Below are positions 22,946 through 34,326 of a DNA stretch of 35,281 nucleotides, one piece after another. Position 1 is the stretch's first letter. Every line of letters begins with the position of its first letter. The translations under genes and the position numbers were made by a program. A model generated the notes under the pieces. It did no database searches. It was not told where the DNA came from and saw nothing but the letters and a program-made list of their open reading frames with translations. Location: contig KZ538069.1 of NCBI GenBank assembly GCA_000934665.2, positions 124,001-159,281 on the forward strand, in the 5' to 3' direction. Source of the stretch: Catajapyx aquilonaris (taxonomy: Eukaryota).

Positions 22946-23097
22946 TGTTGTGGCGGCTCCTAACTTTCCCCACCACCCCTTTCCCCCAACTTTAGACATG
23001 TTGTTGGAAAGAAATCCAGACAGAATGTCTACTTTATAAAGGAGATTACTGGTTATTTTTGTGGAATTGTGCGATTTTGCTATATACAGGTTTCACT

Positions 23098-23522
23098 CAG
23101 GGATTAAGCTGCCATATGCATTTTCGCCGAAAGGCGACAATAACTTAGATTCTGCTAGATAAATTTCCGAATAATTCGCCGAAAAGCCCCAAATAATAAT
23201 AGGGACTAGGGAGGATCAGGCATTTTGCATGTTCATGCTCGCGAGATCAAGAAAGATTTCCCGGTCCCAAATATGTGGTCAGTTTTGGTAGCAAATCCAT
23301 TATAAATGTATAATTTCAAGCCAAATACGATTTTTTATGATGTTATCACCAAATTCTGTATACCTCTAGTGGGGAGTAGGGAATTAATTCCGGCTTTTTA
23401 CTTCGTTTCAGATTTCCACACTCCTGTGATCCACTTAGGTTTTGGCTACAACATTTCTGATTCGGCAAAAACTTTTGCGTGCAAATTAGCCGAAATACAA
23501 AAATTTGACAGCTTAATCCCTG
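23098..23522. mobile_element. hAT-type MITE
   Basis: 14-bp TIR CAGGGATTAAGCTG; perfect 8-bp TSD gtttcact (23090-23097 / 23523-23530). Confidence 0.9.
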
Positions 23523-23566
23523 GTTTCACTATTTGCAAACTGTGCCCAAGTCCCAATAATACATAC

Positions 23567-23713
23567 CATTTGTACGTCATCTAAAATACTTTGAGGTGCA
23601 CTTCTTGCTAACACCTTGGAGCAAATAAAGTCCACCAGTGTGGGTTCCGGCTCCCCGATGTACTCAATGATCTTTTTGTTAATCCATGGTCTGATCCTCT
23701 TCTCCATTAGTTG
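23567..23713 (-). CDS. RBM25: RBM25 PWI-domain exon QLMEKRIRPWINKKIIEYIGEPEPTLVDFICSKVLARSAPQSILDDVQM
   Basis: Acceptor ttttcctcctcag|CAA and donor ATG|gtatgt; 147 nt, phase 0-0; carries the signature RPWINKKIIEYIG of the RBM25 PWI domain. Confidence 0.97.
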
Positions 23714-24577
23714 CTGAGGAGGAAAATAATTATTAGCAACAACAACATTATTGCTATTATTACCACTACTCTAGATGAATTTTTAACATGCGCAACCAAG
23801 TGCGCACCACAATTTGCGCAGCTTGCAAGGTTGGCATGATCAGTGATATCTGGTAAGCTCTCTGTATAGTGGGTGTACTGGTACATAAGCGCGGCACTTA
23901 TTTCCATTTCTAAGCTTGGGAGGGGGAACAAAATGGTTCATTCTTGTTGAATCAGAATCTTATGGTTCCCACAAATGTAGAGACTGGACACCACTGAATG
24001 ATATCTTTCGTGTACCCCCAAAATTGTGTTTGCGTACCCTAGTTTGAAAACCACTGGTCTATACTAACTACTGTTACTAATTCTGCAACATCAGGGAAAC
24101 TGATGTCCCAATATTGCAATGAACCCTGACAACATACAGCACCACAGCTGGATGTGCCTCACGGAGCACAGCAGTTATTTTCTGCATATGATATGACATC
24201 ACTTGGCTCAGCTGACGACGACACAACTTATATACGGTACATATTAAACAACAATATATGTCCACACAATATGCATCCAATCATTCTCACATTTCACCAC
24301 AACAGGACTTTGTAGGACAGAAATCTTTCCTCCCAACCCAAATGCTGTAGTGACTGAATACGAGTCAGTCAGGCCTTGCGCTTCTCAAGGTTAGAGCACC
24401 ATTGTTATCCATGACGTCTTTAAATCACTAGATCACAAAACAACCCATTTCTTATTCAGGGTGATCGAAACAGAATGCGTGGATTTTGAAACCCTATAAC
24501 CCCAAAACGTGCAGACATATCTAAATAATTTAAGTTTTGAAACGCTAAGAAACATCTACAGTTCTGGTTTTATCATA

Positions 24578-25675
24578 CAGTAAAACTTCTCGAAGTCAAA
24601 CTTCCCTAAGCCAAAGTTCTCTATAAGTCGAAGAAAATGATGAGCTTGGTTGGTCACAATGTAAAATAATAGGAAATAAACTTCCCTAACTCGAATTTCT
24701 ATGACTCGAAGTTCTCCATAACTCGAAGTGCAGGCAGGGCCTTACGATGGGATATCAATGGATTTTCAGTCTCCCTAAGTCTAAGTTCATGTTGGCGAGT
24801 ACGGAAAATTTTCTCATTTCCCAGCCGAAGGGTCGAGAGTAGGCCACATGTACAGAAAGGCTCAATTTCCTGATCTCTGTCTACCAGACGTACCGAAAGA
24901 AGTGTTTGACTCGATTGTGACAATTGAATCCTTGAGTCTAAGAGTAGGCAAATGTTCATAACGGAGATTTTTTCACAACAAAACAATGAGGAACATTGTA
25001 AGTGTGATAGTGATAGTTATTTTAAGATATGAACACCTTTCGTCGCTGGGTATGAAGGTAGTCTTCCTTATAGAGTTATGTGCTTAACCCTTAACTATGT
25101 AGGTGGAGCCTGAGAGGCTCCAAGCACTATATAAACGCATGTAACTTTTTCATTGAATTTTATTTTCCCCTGTCCTTCCGTGACTTTGTCAGAAAAACCT
25201 TCCTAAGCATGAAAAGGAAATAAATTTTTTTTTAGTCCGTATTCTTTGGTTAAAAAAAATTCGTAATGAGGAACAGGTCCCTCCTGGAACCGCTTAGGCT
25301 CTATATCTCGTAGGTGAATCCTGAGCGGCTCAAACATGATGTAACCTTTTAATTAAAAATTTTTCCGTCAGAATATGCTGACTCAGCGTGTGATTTTTAT
25401 GTTTTCGGAAGCCCAATGATCTGAACTGCACTTTCTGTACGTGAAAAGTCCAATATAACAATTTCGTTGATAAGCAGAAATTTAAATATACCGTTGGAGC
25501 CTCTCAGGCTCCACCTATGTAGTTAAAGGTGTCTCGCCCACCTACGTAGGTAAAGGTGTTTCGCCCACCTTCGTAGTTAAGGGTTAAAAAACTCCAAACT
25601 TCTCTAACTCGAATCTTCTATAACTCGAAGTTTTTTCCCAGCCCCATGGAGATTCAACTTATAGAAGTTTTACTG
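24578..25675. mobile_element. pogo/Tigger-like element nested in the left arm of the foldback
   Basis: TA|CAGTAAAACTTCT ... AGAAGTTTTACTG|CA; repeated subterminal (c)taactcgaa motifs. Confidence 0.8.
25088..25583. mobile_element. Second piggyBac-like MITE family, nested in the pogo element
   Basis: TTAA|CCCTTAACTA ... TAGTTAAGGG|TTAA; internal GGAGCC-GGCTCC palindromes and reiterated right subterminal repeats. Confidence 0.85.
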
Positions 25676-27308
25676 CAGTTTGTTTCGACACGAGCTGCAT
25701 TTGTCGCTCGGCAAATGTAAATATGGTAGGGTATACCGTCCAGTGATGGCCCGCCCTACAGTGATGGCCCACTGCGTCTTGGTTCTTTAAGATATAAGCT
25801 GTGTAAATGCCATATCATGAAAAAGTGACCATGTTGTGACACCTGGAACCTTTGGCTTGAACTAGGTCGAAAATCAGTCCACTGAAGTCATTGCAAGAGC
25901 AGTAATGGCACCTCCTAAACAGACCTGCTGCTCATGTAGGATAAACCATACAGTGGGGCATACAGGGTAGGCATGGGGAAACTTCTCATTAAAGAACTTC
26001 GCACACTGGGAGGCTGAACAAATGAAACTTTCCTCAGACAGATTTATTTCATCGATGAGGCGACTTTTTATGTGAATCATCAAGAACAGGTCTCAAACAT
26101 GCGGCCCGCGAGCAACTCAATTGCGGCCCCATGGTCCTAATCTCATGTTGGTGGTCATTACCAACATGTTGAGCAATTTGACGATGGACAATGAACAAAT
26201 ACCTTTACTTCATGTCTTTATTGATGGCTCTGCCATGGGTTCAGTGGGGAAGTCTGGGAAAAGATTTCTTCTGCAAATGTCAGGTGTAGTGTTCGGTAGC
26301 ACCAAGACTTTCAAGGGCAGAGGTTCGACTGGCTGCAGAGGAAACTCTGTCCAGATATACAGAGGTTCAGAGTCTGGTGGCACACAGAATGACCGCCTGA
26401 CACTGTCCGTAATTTATTATGCCAAACGCTATTGTCACTGGGGGTGCCTTGGTTTTGAGGGAAAAGAGAAAAGAAACTGGAGCGAAAAACCAGTCCTCAT
26501 CTTGGGCCCATTCTGCCAAGTTACTCTTTAGTCGTGCTGGTTAGTCATCAGTGTATTCCTGGATCACAGCAGTGATTTGTACATCAGGACGTGCAAAAAT
26601 GAAGAGGTAAGTGAGTCCTTCTGAAAGTGACTAGCAACTTGGCGCCTGTTACGGATTTTTAAATATCCACATCTTGAATTTTAGGATTCCACTCTACTTT
26701 GTCAGTTACATTCACCTAAGCTTGTGTGACCTTGAACACAAAGAAATTTGCCTGCAGCTGGCTTTTCCGCGCCCCGCACTACAGATAGTTCACACATGCT
26801 GATGTTGCCCTCTATCAAATCAAGTTTGAGACCCCTGATCAAGAACAATGTGTGTGGTGTAAAAACCCATCATTTCCAGCCACCTAACGGTTACAGGATT
26901 GCAATGGTAACTCCAGATATAACTGAGCGCGTTTGGCACGAGACCGATTACCTTATTTTTTAATCTGCCAAGCGACAAATGAAGCTCATATCGAAACAAA
27001 CTAAGGTGAGAGCAAAACTTTAGACATTTCTTAGCATTTCAAAACTTAAATCATTAAGATATGTCTACAAGTTTTAGAGCTATAAGGTTTCAAAATCCAC
27101 GCAATCTTGTTCAATCACCCAGCACTTCCAGCAAGACACCCTATTGACTCGAATCTAAGACACTTTTTGTCCTTTAAAAATCCTGGAAAAAATTAGGTGT
27201 CTTAGAATCCGGTACAAAGCATTCCTCCATTGCTATCATTTGACTACTTAAAACTATGGGTTTAATTTAGATTTGGGGGGCGACCTATCTTTGAGCGAAT
27301 ACAGTATA

Positions 27309-27871
27309 CAGGGTGTTTATTGTAACTCTGCAAAGACTTTCAGGGGTAATAGAGGGGACCAAGACAAGTATTTTTGACATAGGAACCCATGTCCGGAAAC
27401 GCCATCTAGAGGAGGGTTCATAGACAAGGAACGGGTGCGCTCGGACGTGTCACTCGAGAGGCGCTAGTCGAGCGGATTGTTTTGTTGATACATGGCGAGC
27501 AGTTGTTGCCAGGTTATGGCGTATCGCATCGTTGTAAGTAAACAACAATGCGATACGCCATAACCTGGCAACAACAGAACCGCTGTTGACTATCCGCACG
27601 TCTCCTAAGAGGCGGACTTTAGATGCTAGATGACTGTGTTGTTGCCACGTTATGGCACATCGCATCGTTGGTTACTATCCGAGATCCATCTATCAACAAA
27701 ACACTCCGATCGCCTAGCGCCTCTCGCGTGACGCGTCTAAGTGCACCCGTTCCTTGTCTATGAACCCCCTCTAGATGGCGTTTCCAGACACGGGTTCCTA
27801 TGTCAAAAATAATTGTCTTGGTCCCCTCTATTACCCCTGCAAGTCTTTACAGAGTTACAGTAAACACCCTG
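27309..27871. mobile_element. Palindromic Tc1/mariner-type MITE
   Basis: TA|CAGGGTGTTTA ... TAAACACCCTG|TA; arms of about 180 bp, nearly complementary. Confidence 0.92.
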
Positions 27872-27918
27872 TATATTCATGAATGAAAATAAATTTAATT
27901 TGAAAACGATCTTAAATA

Positions 27919-28064
27919 CCTTATTTACTTGAATCTACGACACACTTTTTTGTCTTATACATAGGAAAAAATTAGGGTCTTAGATTCAGACACAAAGCCC
28001 TCATATTTTTTCCAAAATGTGACGACTTAACACTAGGGGTGCAACTTAGATTCGAGTAAATACA
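27919..28064. mobile_element. Tigger-like MITE (related partial copy at about 27140-27305)
   Basis: tatttacttgaatcta ... tagattcgagtaaatacag|ta TIRs; body shared with 27140-27305. Confidence 0.65.
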
Positions 28065-28473
28065 GTAATGTTTTTTTCCTCCAACATGCCAGATATCCAT
28101 GCATACATGGTGATCCTAAATAGCTACCTGTTAAGACTAATAAAGCCATTTGTTGGCACCAAGCTACTCATTTTAGCAGTTAGATTTAATGGTTACCAAA
28201 AGTATTAGCTACTAATTAGGTTATATGTGCCAATCCTTATTCATTCATGCATGCAACGGGTCTGGCACATAGTGGGTTGTTATTAACGTGAGATGCCAAT
28301 TGTTCATTCCTAATCGGAAGTACTTGCCAGTTCAGAGCTCAAACCGATGACTCAGTTCTCAATGATATTATCAGCTAATACTTTTGATAATCATTACAGA
28401 AACTACTAAAAATAAGCCTCTTAGTGCCAAACATAGCCATACTAGTCAGATAAGTATTTTGGACCACCCTATA

Positions 28474-28916
28474 CAGGGTGAAGGGAAACTCGTGGACAAT
28501 TGCCATGTAAACTGATAGTACTCGTAAAACTAATATAGGGATGTGCAATTAGTTTTGGACGGCGTTGCATAGTTAATGCGTACGGCGCCATCAAAGTTTA
28601 GTGATGCCACATCCGTTCTGCCAGCTTCGAAAAAGCAAAAGTCAGCTCGAGGGCCTCCGAACAATTGGGCCTTGGGTCCGTAACACATCGTCCATGTGCA
28701 ATAGGCGATCAAATCCCGTCAGAGTAAGACTCCGGGTACGACACCTGTGCACTTTATCATTCTAACCTCATATTCTACCTTCGGCCCTCTCCACTTTAAA
28801 AGCAATGTACGCATTAACTATGCAACGCCGTCCAAAACTAATTGCACATCCCTATATTAGTTTTACGAGTACTATCAGTTTACATGGCAATTGTCCGCGA
28901 GTTTCCTTTCACCCTG
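28474..28916. mobile_element. Tc1/mariner-type MITE with TIRs of about 110 bp
   Basis: TA|CAGGGTGAAGGGAAACTCG ... CGAGTTTCCTTTCACCCTG|TA. Confidence 0.92.
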
Positions 28917-29198
28917 TATATTGTGACCATAGGAAGGTAAATCATCATGAATTAACTCCTCAAAAACTTGTGGCCAGAAATGTGCAGAAATGAAAACTTT
29001 AAATGGAAGACTGCTGAAGTGCAATCATTAGGCATAGATTGCTGGACACCAAACTGGCCAACCAACTCAAAGAGTGAAAGAAGCCTATTGGATTTATTTT
29101 TTTCTTTCTTTTTGACACATGTGTCCTCCATGTGATCATGACACTACACTCATCCTTTTTTTTTTTAAATTCCAAAATCATTATATTCCAAAACTCAC

Positions 29199-29365
29199 AT
29201 TGTCAACCATTTTCCAATCGATCTGGTAAGCAAAAAGTGCCTTCTTGTCAGTGGGTATCTTGTCAATTAGGCTCTTGATGTGCTTCCTCTTTTCCTCTTG
29301 TGACTTTGGACCTTCCTCTTTCTTGTCATCCTTCTTGAGCTTCTTATCCTTGTCATCCCCATAAT
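29199..29365 (-). CDS. RBM25: RBM25 coding exon (D)YGDDKDKKLKKDDKKEEGPKSQEEKRKHIKSLIDKIPTDKKALFAYQIDWKMVDN
   Basis: Acceptor tttacag|AT and donor AAT|gtgag; 167 nt. EEKRKHIKSLI-KIPT matches the RBM25 pre-PWI region. Not in the ORF track; translated by hand. Confidence 0.95.
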
Positions 29366-29601
29366 CTGTAAATTACACCCAAATCATAAAATCAGCCTTC
29401 AGGGTTCTTCTCCTCCCCGACACACACAACCTCCATTCTTTGAGAGAGTGCTGAATGGTTCAAATCTATTGGTTTCAATTAAGTAGATTGTATTCAAACA
29501 ACAGGAAGCAAAGTTCAATGAGAGAATAAGAGAGGGGGAAAGTGACACAAGTGCAACTGCAGCTTGTGTAATGACCTGCTCAACAGAACTATATCAGTTA
29601 A

Positions 29602-30350
29602 GAGGGGAGCATTCCAAGCAAAAAGTGCGACCGACTCAAGCTCCGCTCAAGCCTGTTGACCACACCCCCTAACCCCATTAGTTCGGATAGGAGAAACAGC
29701 AGCGCTGGCGTTGACAATGGATGTGATGTCACCTGAGGTCACCATAGCAACTACAGTATATTTTGTAATCAGTGCAGTACCATATCAGTTTCGTTTAGTT
29801 TTTTAATTTTGTTTCGAGTTTTGCATTTAGTTTCCATTCTATTTCGTTTCGCTTTTCTTATTCCATTTTGTATTCATTATTCTCCTTCAACTTACAACTT
29901 CCTTCATGACAGCACTTAGTCAGTTGCATATGTAGATGACAGTCGTGTAGTCTGCCTTTGCATCCAGAGGCAGAATGATACGCAGCACAACTTGGCTCAA
30001 CAGCAAAACCAGCCACACAGAATCAAACATGACGAGATAGAAGACGTCCGACCACACGTCCGTCTGATTCGAATGCTCACCATCAACTGACTGTTTAGAA
30101 TGTTTACCAAGGTTGCCTTTGGCAGCAAGAATGTTCACCAAATTCTTTGCCATGCATTATAAATCGTGACATGGCCTACTGTTTCATGAGACTGCATCTT
30201 AATTTAAAATGTCAAATTATTAAATATTTGGAATTTACAATATATTTAGGGTCGACTGCAGCGCTGCATTTTCTCCTATCGGAAGCTCTATGCCCCGCCC
30301 CCTTCCTTTACCGGGTTGTCAATTGGCGTTCTACATGGAATGTACCCCTC
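29602..30350. mobile_element. Kolobok-like non-autonomous element
   Basis: TTAA|GAGGGGAGCATTCCA ... TGGAATGTACCCCTC|TAAT (13/15 TIR); internal inverted gataggagaaa..gcagcgctg / cagcgctgc..tttctcctatc. Confidence 0.6.
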
Positions 30351-31031
30351 TAATTAATTTAATCCTGTTGACCTGGTTCTTACACAAAAGGTATCAGCTA
30401 GGTTATTTGGCATGCAGTGTATGATTGAATGAACCAAAAGTGGTTTTTCATATATTTCCACAAAACTTGCATGGCAGTCAAATAAGGGGCCAAAATTCAT
30501 TTCTGAGTTCAAAGGAAATATATGAATAAACTAGACACATGGATTCTTTAGTGTAGCAGTCTAAAACTTGCATAGGCCTACTGTTTTTACCCTTTTTCTC
30601 TATGTATAATTTTGGGAGGGAGCCCTGTCTATGGTCCTTTGTTAACATCATAACTGGACGGTACCCTTCCTAATTTGAAAAGCCAGTTGGTTAGGAGGCC
30701 ACCTGGTGTCATTCGATTGCAAGGCCACCACAGGGGTGGGGCCAACTGGCTACTTGGACCTGGTTCAGGTTCCTGTCAACTGGTCTATGGAAGTACCAGT
30801 TGGGAAGAGGGAAGCTTGTTTGCTTGCTTGGAAAGGAGCCAAAGCAACTGTGGCTATCTGGCTATTAGAATGATATTGATTTTAGCATGCATCAGCCAAT
30901 GGGAATGAGCTAGGCGGTCTCTTAATCAATCCTGATCCCACACTTCCAAAGGGGGAAGTGCTTGTCTCTACCAACTTAGCTTGGCTAAGTAGATGCCACA
31001 GTTAAATCCTGTCGAAGCATGCACACTTGGG

Positions 31032-31160
31032 CAGGGCCGGCGCGACGTGGTTAGCAGGCTATGCATGGCAGGGGGGCGCCGAAGAAAAGGGGCGTCGATC
31101 ACAGCATTCACCTAAGCTCGTGTGACCTTGAAGGCGCCGGAAACCCCAGAACCGGGCCTG
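31032..31160. mobile_element. hAT-type MITE (129 bp, GC-rich)
   Basis: CAGGGCCGG ... CCGGGCCTG ends; perfect 8-bp TSD cacttggg (31024-31031 / 31161-31168). Confidence 0.88.
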
Positions 31161-31775
31161 CACTTGGGTTAGACCCGAGCAGGGGCTGACTAAGGGCTGA
31201 TTTGAACTACTGGTTTTGCATTTTATTGGTCTTGATTTGTCCCTTCAATTGCATTTTTGGAAGATTCTATGGTTAGCAGAGAATGGCTTTGATAAAGATT
31301 TTCACCCTGGGATTAGTATTTCCTTTTACAAAATACTCAATGCACTGGAGTAGTTTTTATGCCTGATTTTTAGACCTTGACTTGTAAATTGATGGCAGTG
31401 CTTTTTCATCTACAAAACGTTTGTAGTCACTAGTGGTCCAGGTCTGCATTATTGGATGGAGCATCTCCTGCTCCCTCAGGTACTACACTAGGTATGAATC
31501 AAATGTAAAGAAGTGACTATAAATGTATTTCTAGTAAGAATTATGATGGAAGCTGTGCGGGGGAAATTATCATAGAGAAGAGTGCAAGTTTCTATACTTC
31601 CGAAAATCAGGCATTGCACTGAGGTAGTGGTATTTTCAGTGTAGTGTACTTTTGGCTAATATAGGGTAGTCCAACAAGAAAGCGGCTTTGCTTACTGAAA
31701 TTCCGCTTATTTAGCTGTTTTCTGGTAAGCAGAAAGTATTTTGTTAATTGTAACAGTTGAAAGCAAAAACCTGAC

Positions 31776-32201
31776 CTAGTGGCACCAGCTTCCTCTTCTT
31801 TGGAGCCCCTAGCCCAGTCTCGTCATCGTCATCATCCATATTAAAAACTTCCTTCACATCCAGTTTTTTCTTCTTCGTGGTAGTGAGCTGCATAAGGGGA
31901 GCGGCAGTGGAAGTGAGGGTCATCAATGGCATTGGAATGGAACCTTGTTGAGGCAGGACAGTGGCAGCTGTAGGAAGAGTGGGTGAGGTTGAAGGGAGAG
32001 ATGAAGCAGCTCCTGGCTCTTCTAGAATTGGCAGAGGTGGGGGGGAGGAGGAGGAGGAGGCAGGATCTGAGTCGGACAGATGTGGAGGAGGAAGAGCCCC
32101 TATCAAAGAGTCCATAGCATCTGGCTTTGGAATAGCAACAGGCTGCCTCAAAACTTGCGGCTGAAGGTGTGGTGGTTGTGCAGGTGAAGAATCAGCAGAC
32201 A
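31776..32201 (-). CDS. RBM25: RBM25 internal coding exon (Pro/Ser-rich linker ending ...LDVKEVFNMDDDDDETGLGAPKKRKLVPL)
   Basis: Acceptor ccttttcag|TG at 32202/32201 and donor CTAG|gtcag at 31776/31775; 426 nt, phase 1-1. The KKRKLVPL(D) motif is characteristic of RBM25 and joins in frame to the next exon. Confidence 0.9.
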
Positions 32202-32244
32202 CTGAAAAGGATTACATCAACTAGTAAGAAATGTTCAATTACAG

Positions 32245-32337
32245 CAGTGGTTCCCAACCTTTTTCGGGTCACGACCCCCTTTCATGATAGTCAAGTAACC
32301 CCCTCCGGGGTCGCGACCCACAGGTTGGGAACCACTG
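32245..32337. mobile_element. hAT (Charlie-like) MITE, 93 bp
   Basis: CAGTGGTTCCCAACCT ... AGGTTGGGAACCACTG TIR; perfect 8-bp TSD aattacag. Confidence 0.93.
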
Positions 32338-32772
32338 AATTACAGAATATTGAAAATGCAGAGTACCGTAACACATATCTGACAACCAATATTTCTGAAA
32401 ACTGAAAGGTAACCCCAAGGCAAAAAGTCAAGATCAGTCTAAAAACCCTCATCTGCTACCTATTAGTCTGAAAGCATTGTGATTCAATTGCCTCACACGA
32501 GATCCTGGCCCTCCGTTCTCAAAATTCATGACTTTGACAATGCAGTGCTGGCTGTCCTTTTTCCTGGTTGGCACAAATGCTGATTTTAATCTTCCTCCCT
32601 AGACTTACCACTTTAGGGCAAGCAGACTGCACCCTTGGAATCAAATTTTTTTAGATGAGTTTTAGAGCTCAATTTGTACCTTTACTTTGCCACTTGTGCA
32701 ATACCCTCCCTGCATTGCTAACAATAATTATCGCTATATTTGCTCCCTCGCTATGAACGGGAGAATCAGTGT

Positions 32773-33416
32773 ACCGTCAAACGGGTGAACTTGGTCCAAA
32801 ATATCCGTTTTACGAAGATATAAGTATGAAGATATTAACCCACAACTGTGAAAATTTTTAATTAGCCATTGAATCATGCTGGCCAAAAGGGCGAGTATAA
32901 AGAAATTTTTTCTGTGCACAATACTATGTATGAAAAATTATGACGTCATGGGTGGACTTGGCCATCTAAAGGAGTGGCACGGTGGCTGAGTGGTTAGCGC
33001 CGCAGCATTCCACCTCTAAGGTCCTGAGTTCGATCCCCGAGTCGAACGGAGGATACTTATGTGGATAGAGTTTCGATGGGTTCTCTCCGTGTTCGCGTGG
33101 GTTTTCTCGGGGTTCTCCCATTTCCTCCCAAATCAAAATCCATCACAGCACAGGCCATGATTAAAGTCGGTATTTAAAAGATGATCCCCTAAGAGGCCCA
33201 AGGAAGCCTATCACGGGGTATCCATTATTACTTGGCCATCTAATTTTCCTCATTACAAACGCACTGCTCTGGGCAGGAAAATATTGGAAAGAGTGAACCT
33301 GGCCATTGCCATCCACATCGGACAACTTAGCCACTACTTCTCTTATGGGGTACGCATAGGGGAGGGACCAAACCTTACCAGAAGCATTGAATCTTTGGAA
33401 CGTGAACTTGGCCACT
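32773..33416. mobile_element. pogo-like element fragment with reiterated GTGAACTTGGCCA-like motifs, interrupted by a SINE
   Basis: ta|ccgtcaaacgggtgaacttgg start; motif recurs near 32952, 33293 and 33402; no clear second terminus. Confidence 0.4.
32970..33229 (+). mobile_element. tRNA-derived SINE with V-domain-like core (family C)
   Basis: A box TGGCTGAGTGG, B box AGTTCGATCCC, core gttctctccgtgttcgcgtgggttttctcggggttctcccatttcctccca; 14-bp TSD acttggccatctaa. Confidence 0.85.
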
Positions 33417-33779
33417 CAAATGCGACTGGGTGGTGAGCCAAGCAGCCTGTTTTTAAACCAAAGACATGGTGTATTTGATGGTAGACAAATGATTCTAGAT
33501 ATTACAGGTTATAGGCTATTCATTATCCACTAGCAGCGGAGCCCGTTCTTTGCACGGCCTGTTTCCATGGTAATGTAATCAACAAAAATCAATCATTGTT
33601 GATTCAATGGAAACCTGTTGCCATGATAACCCATTGCCAGGGTAATAAGTAAAAAAATATTGATTCCCTTGCGGCACTTAATTTTACCCACCCTGCCGGA
33701 CTGCATGGTCACATCTACTAGAGCAAGAAACCTGACCCAATAATCTGTGTTATTGTCCCAAATCATAACAGGGGCTGGA

Positions 33780-34090
33780 GGGAGATGAAGTGGCGCCGCG
33801 GTAACGCATGCGCCCACGGATATTAAGGTCCCGGGTTCAATCCCCACCTTTATCCATGCAGAGTTGGGCCATCTCGGGCTTCATTTCGGGTGGCAATTTC
33901 CAACAGACTAAGCCACCCGGGGGAGTTCACAAAATGACCAAGTTCAGACATTGCACTGCACATCGCACATCCCCTCCTATTCATCCCCCCTTCGCACGTG
34001 GTACCCGGGGGATACGGAAAAGGACCACCTGTAATAAAAAGCTTTCCGGCCCATCTGCACAGGGGCCGCCCCTAAGGCCGCTTCTGCTGC
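33780..34090 (+). mobile_element. tRNA-derived SINE, family D copy 1
   Basis: Head ending AAGGTCCCGGGTTCAATCCC; body shared with 34720-35055 (cgggtgg..ttcca.cagactaa.ccacccggggg). Confidence 0.78.
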
Positions 34091-34326
34091 CCCACCCAAA
34101 GTAACGATGACGCCATCTTTGCTTTGGGCGTGATTTGGCTTCACTCTGCTTGTATGGAAAGGGATAGCGAGTTGTGCATCCAGCAGTATATATAGCAGAT
34201 ATCTTTGACTGCACCATCCTAGACTAACTGCAACGCGTTTGAGAATAGCAGCTAATATGTGTTAGGGTCCACAAGATTTCTAATGGCTCTCTTTCAATGA
34301 CTACATCCAAAGATATCTGCTATATA

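Larger units (their letters stand above)
24457..27122. mobile_element. Large old CAGGGTG-ended foldback element hosting nested insertions
   Basis: 24457-24575 plus 25677-25730 is the imperfect reverse complement of about 26950-27122. Confidence 0.75.

Noticed and set aside
26121..26810. 136-aa ORF and a faint minus-strand THAP-like SHF motif in the foldback spacer
   Set aside because: No coherent frame or recognisable domain could be reconstructed.
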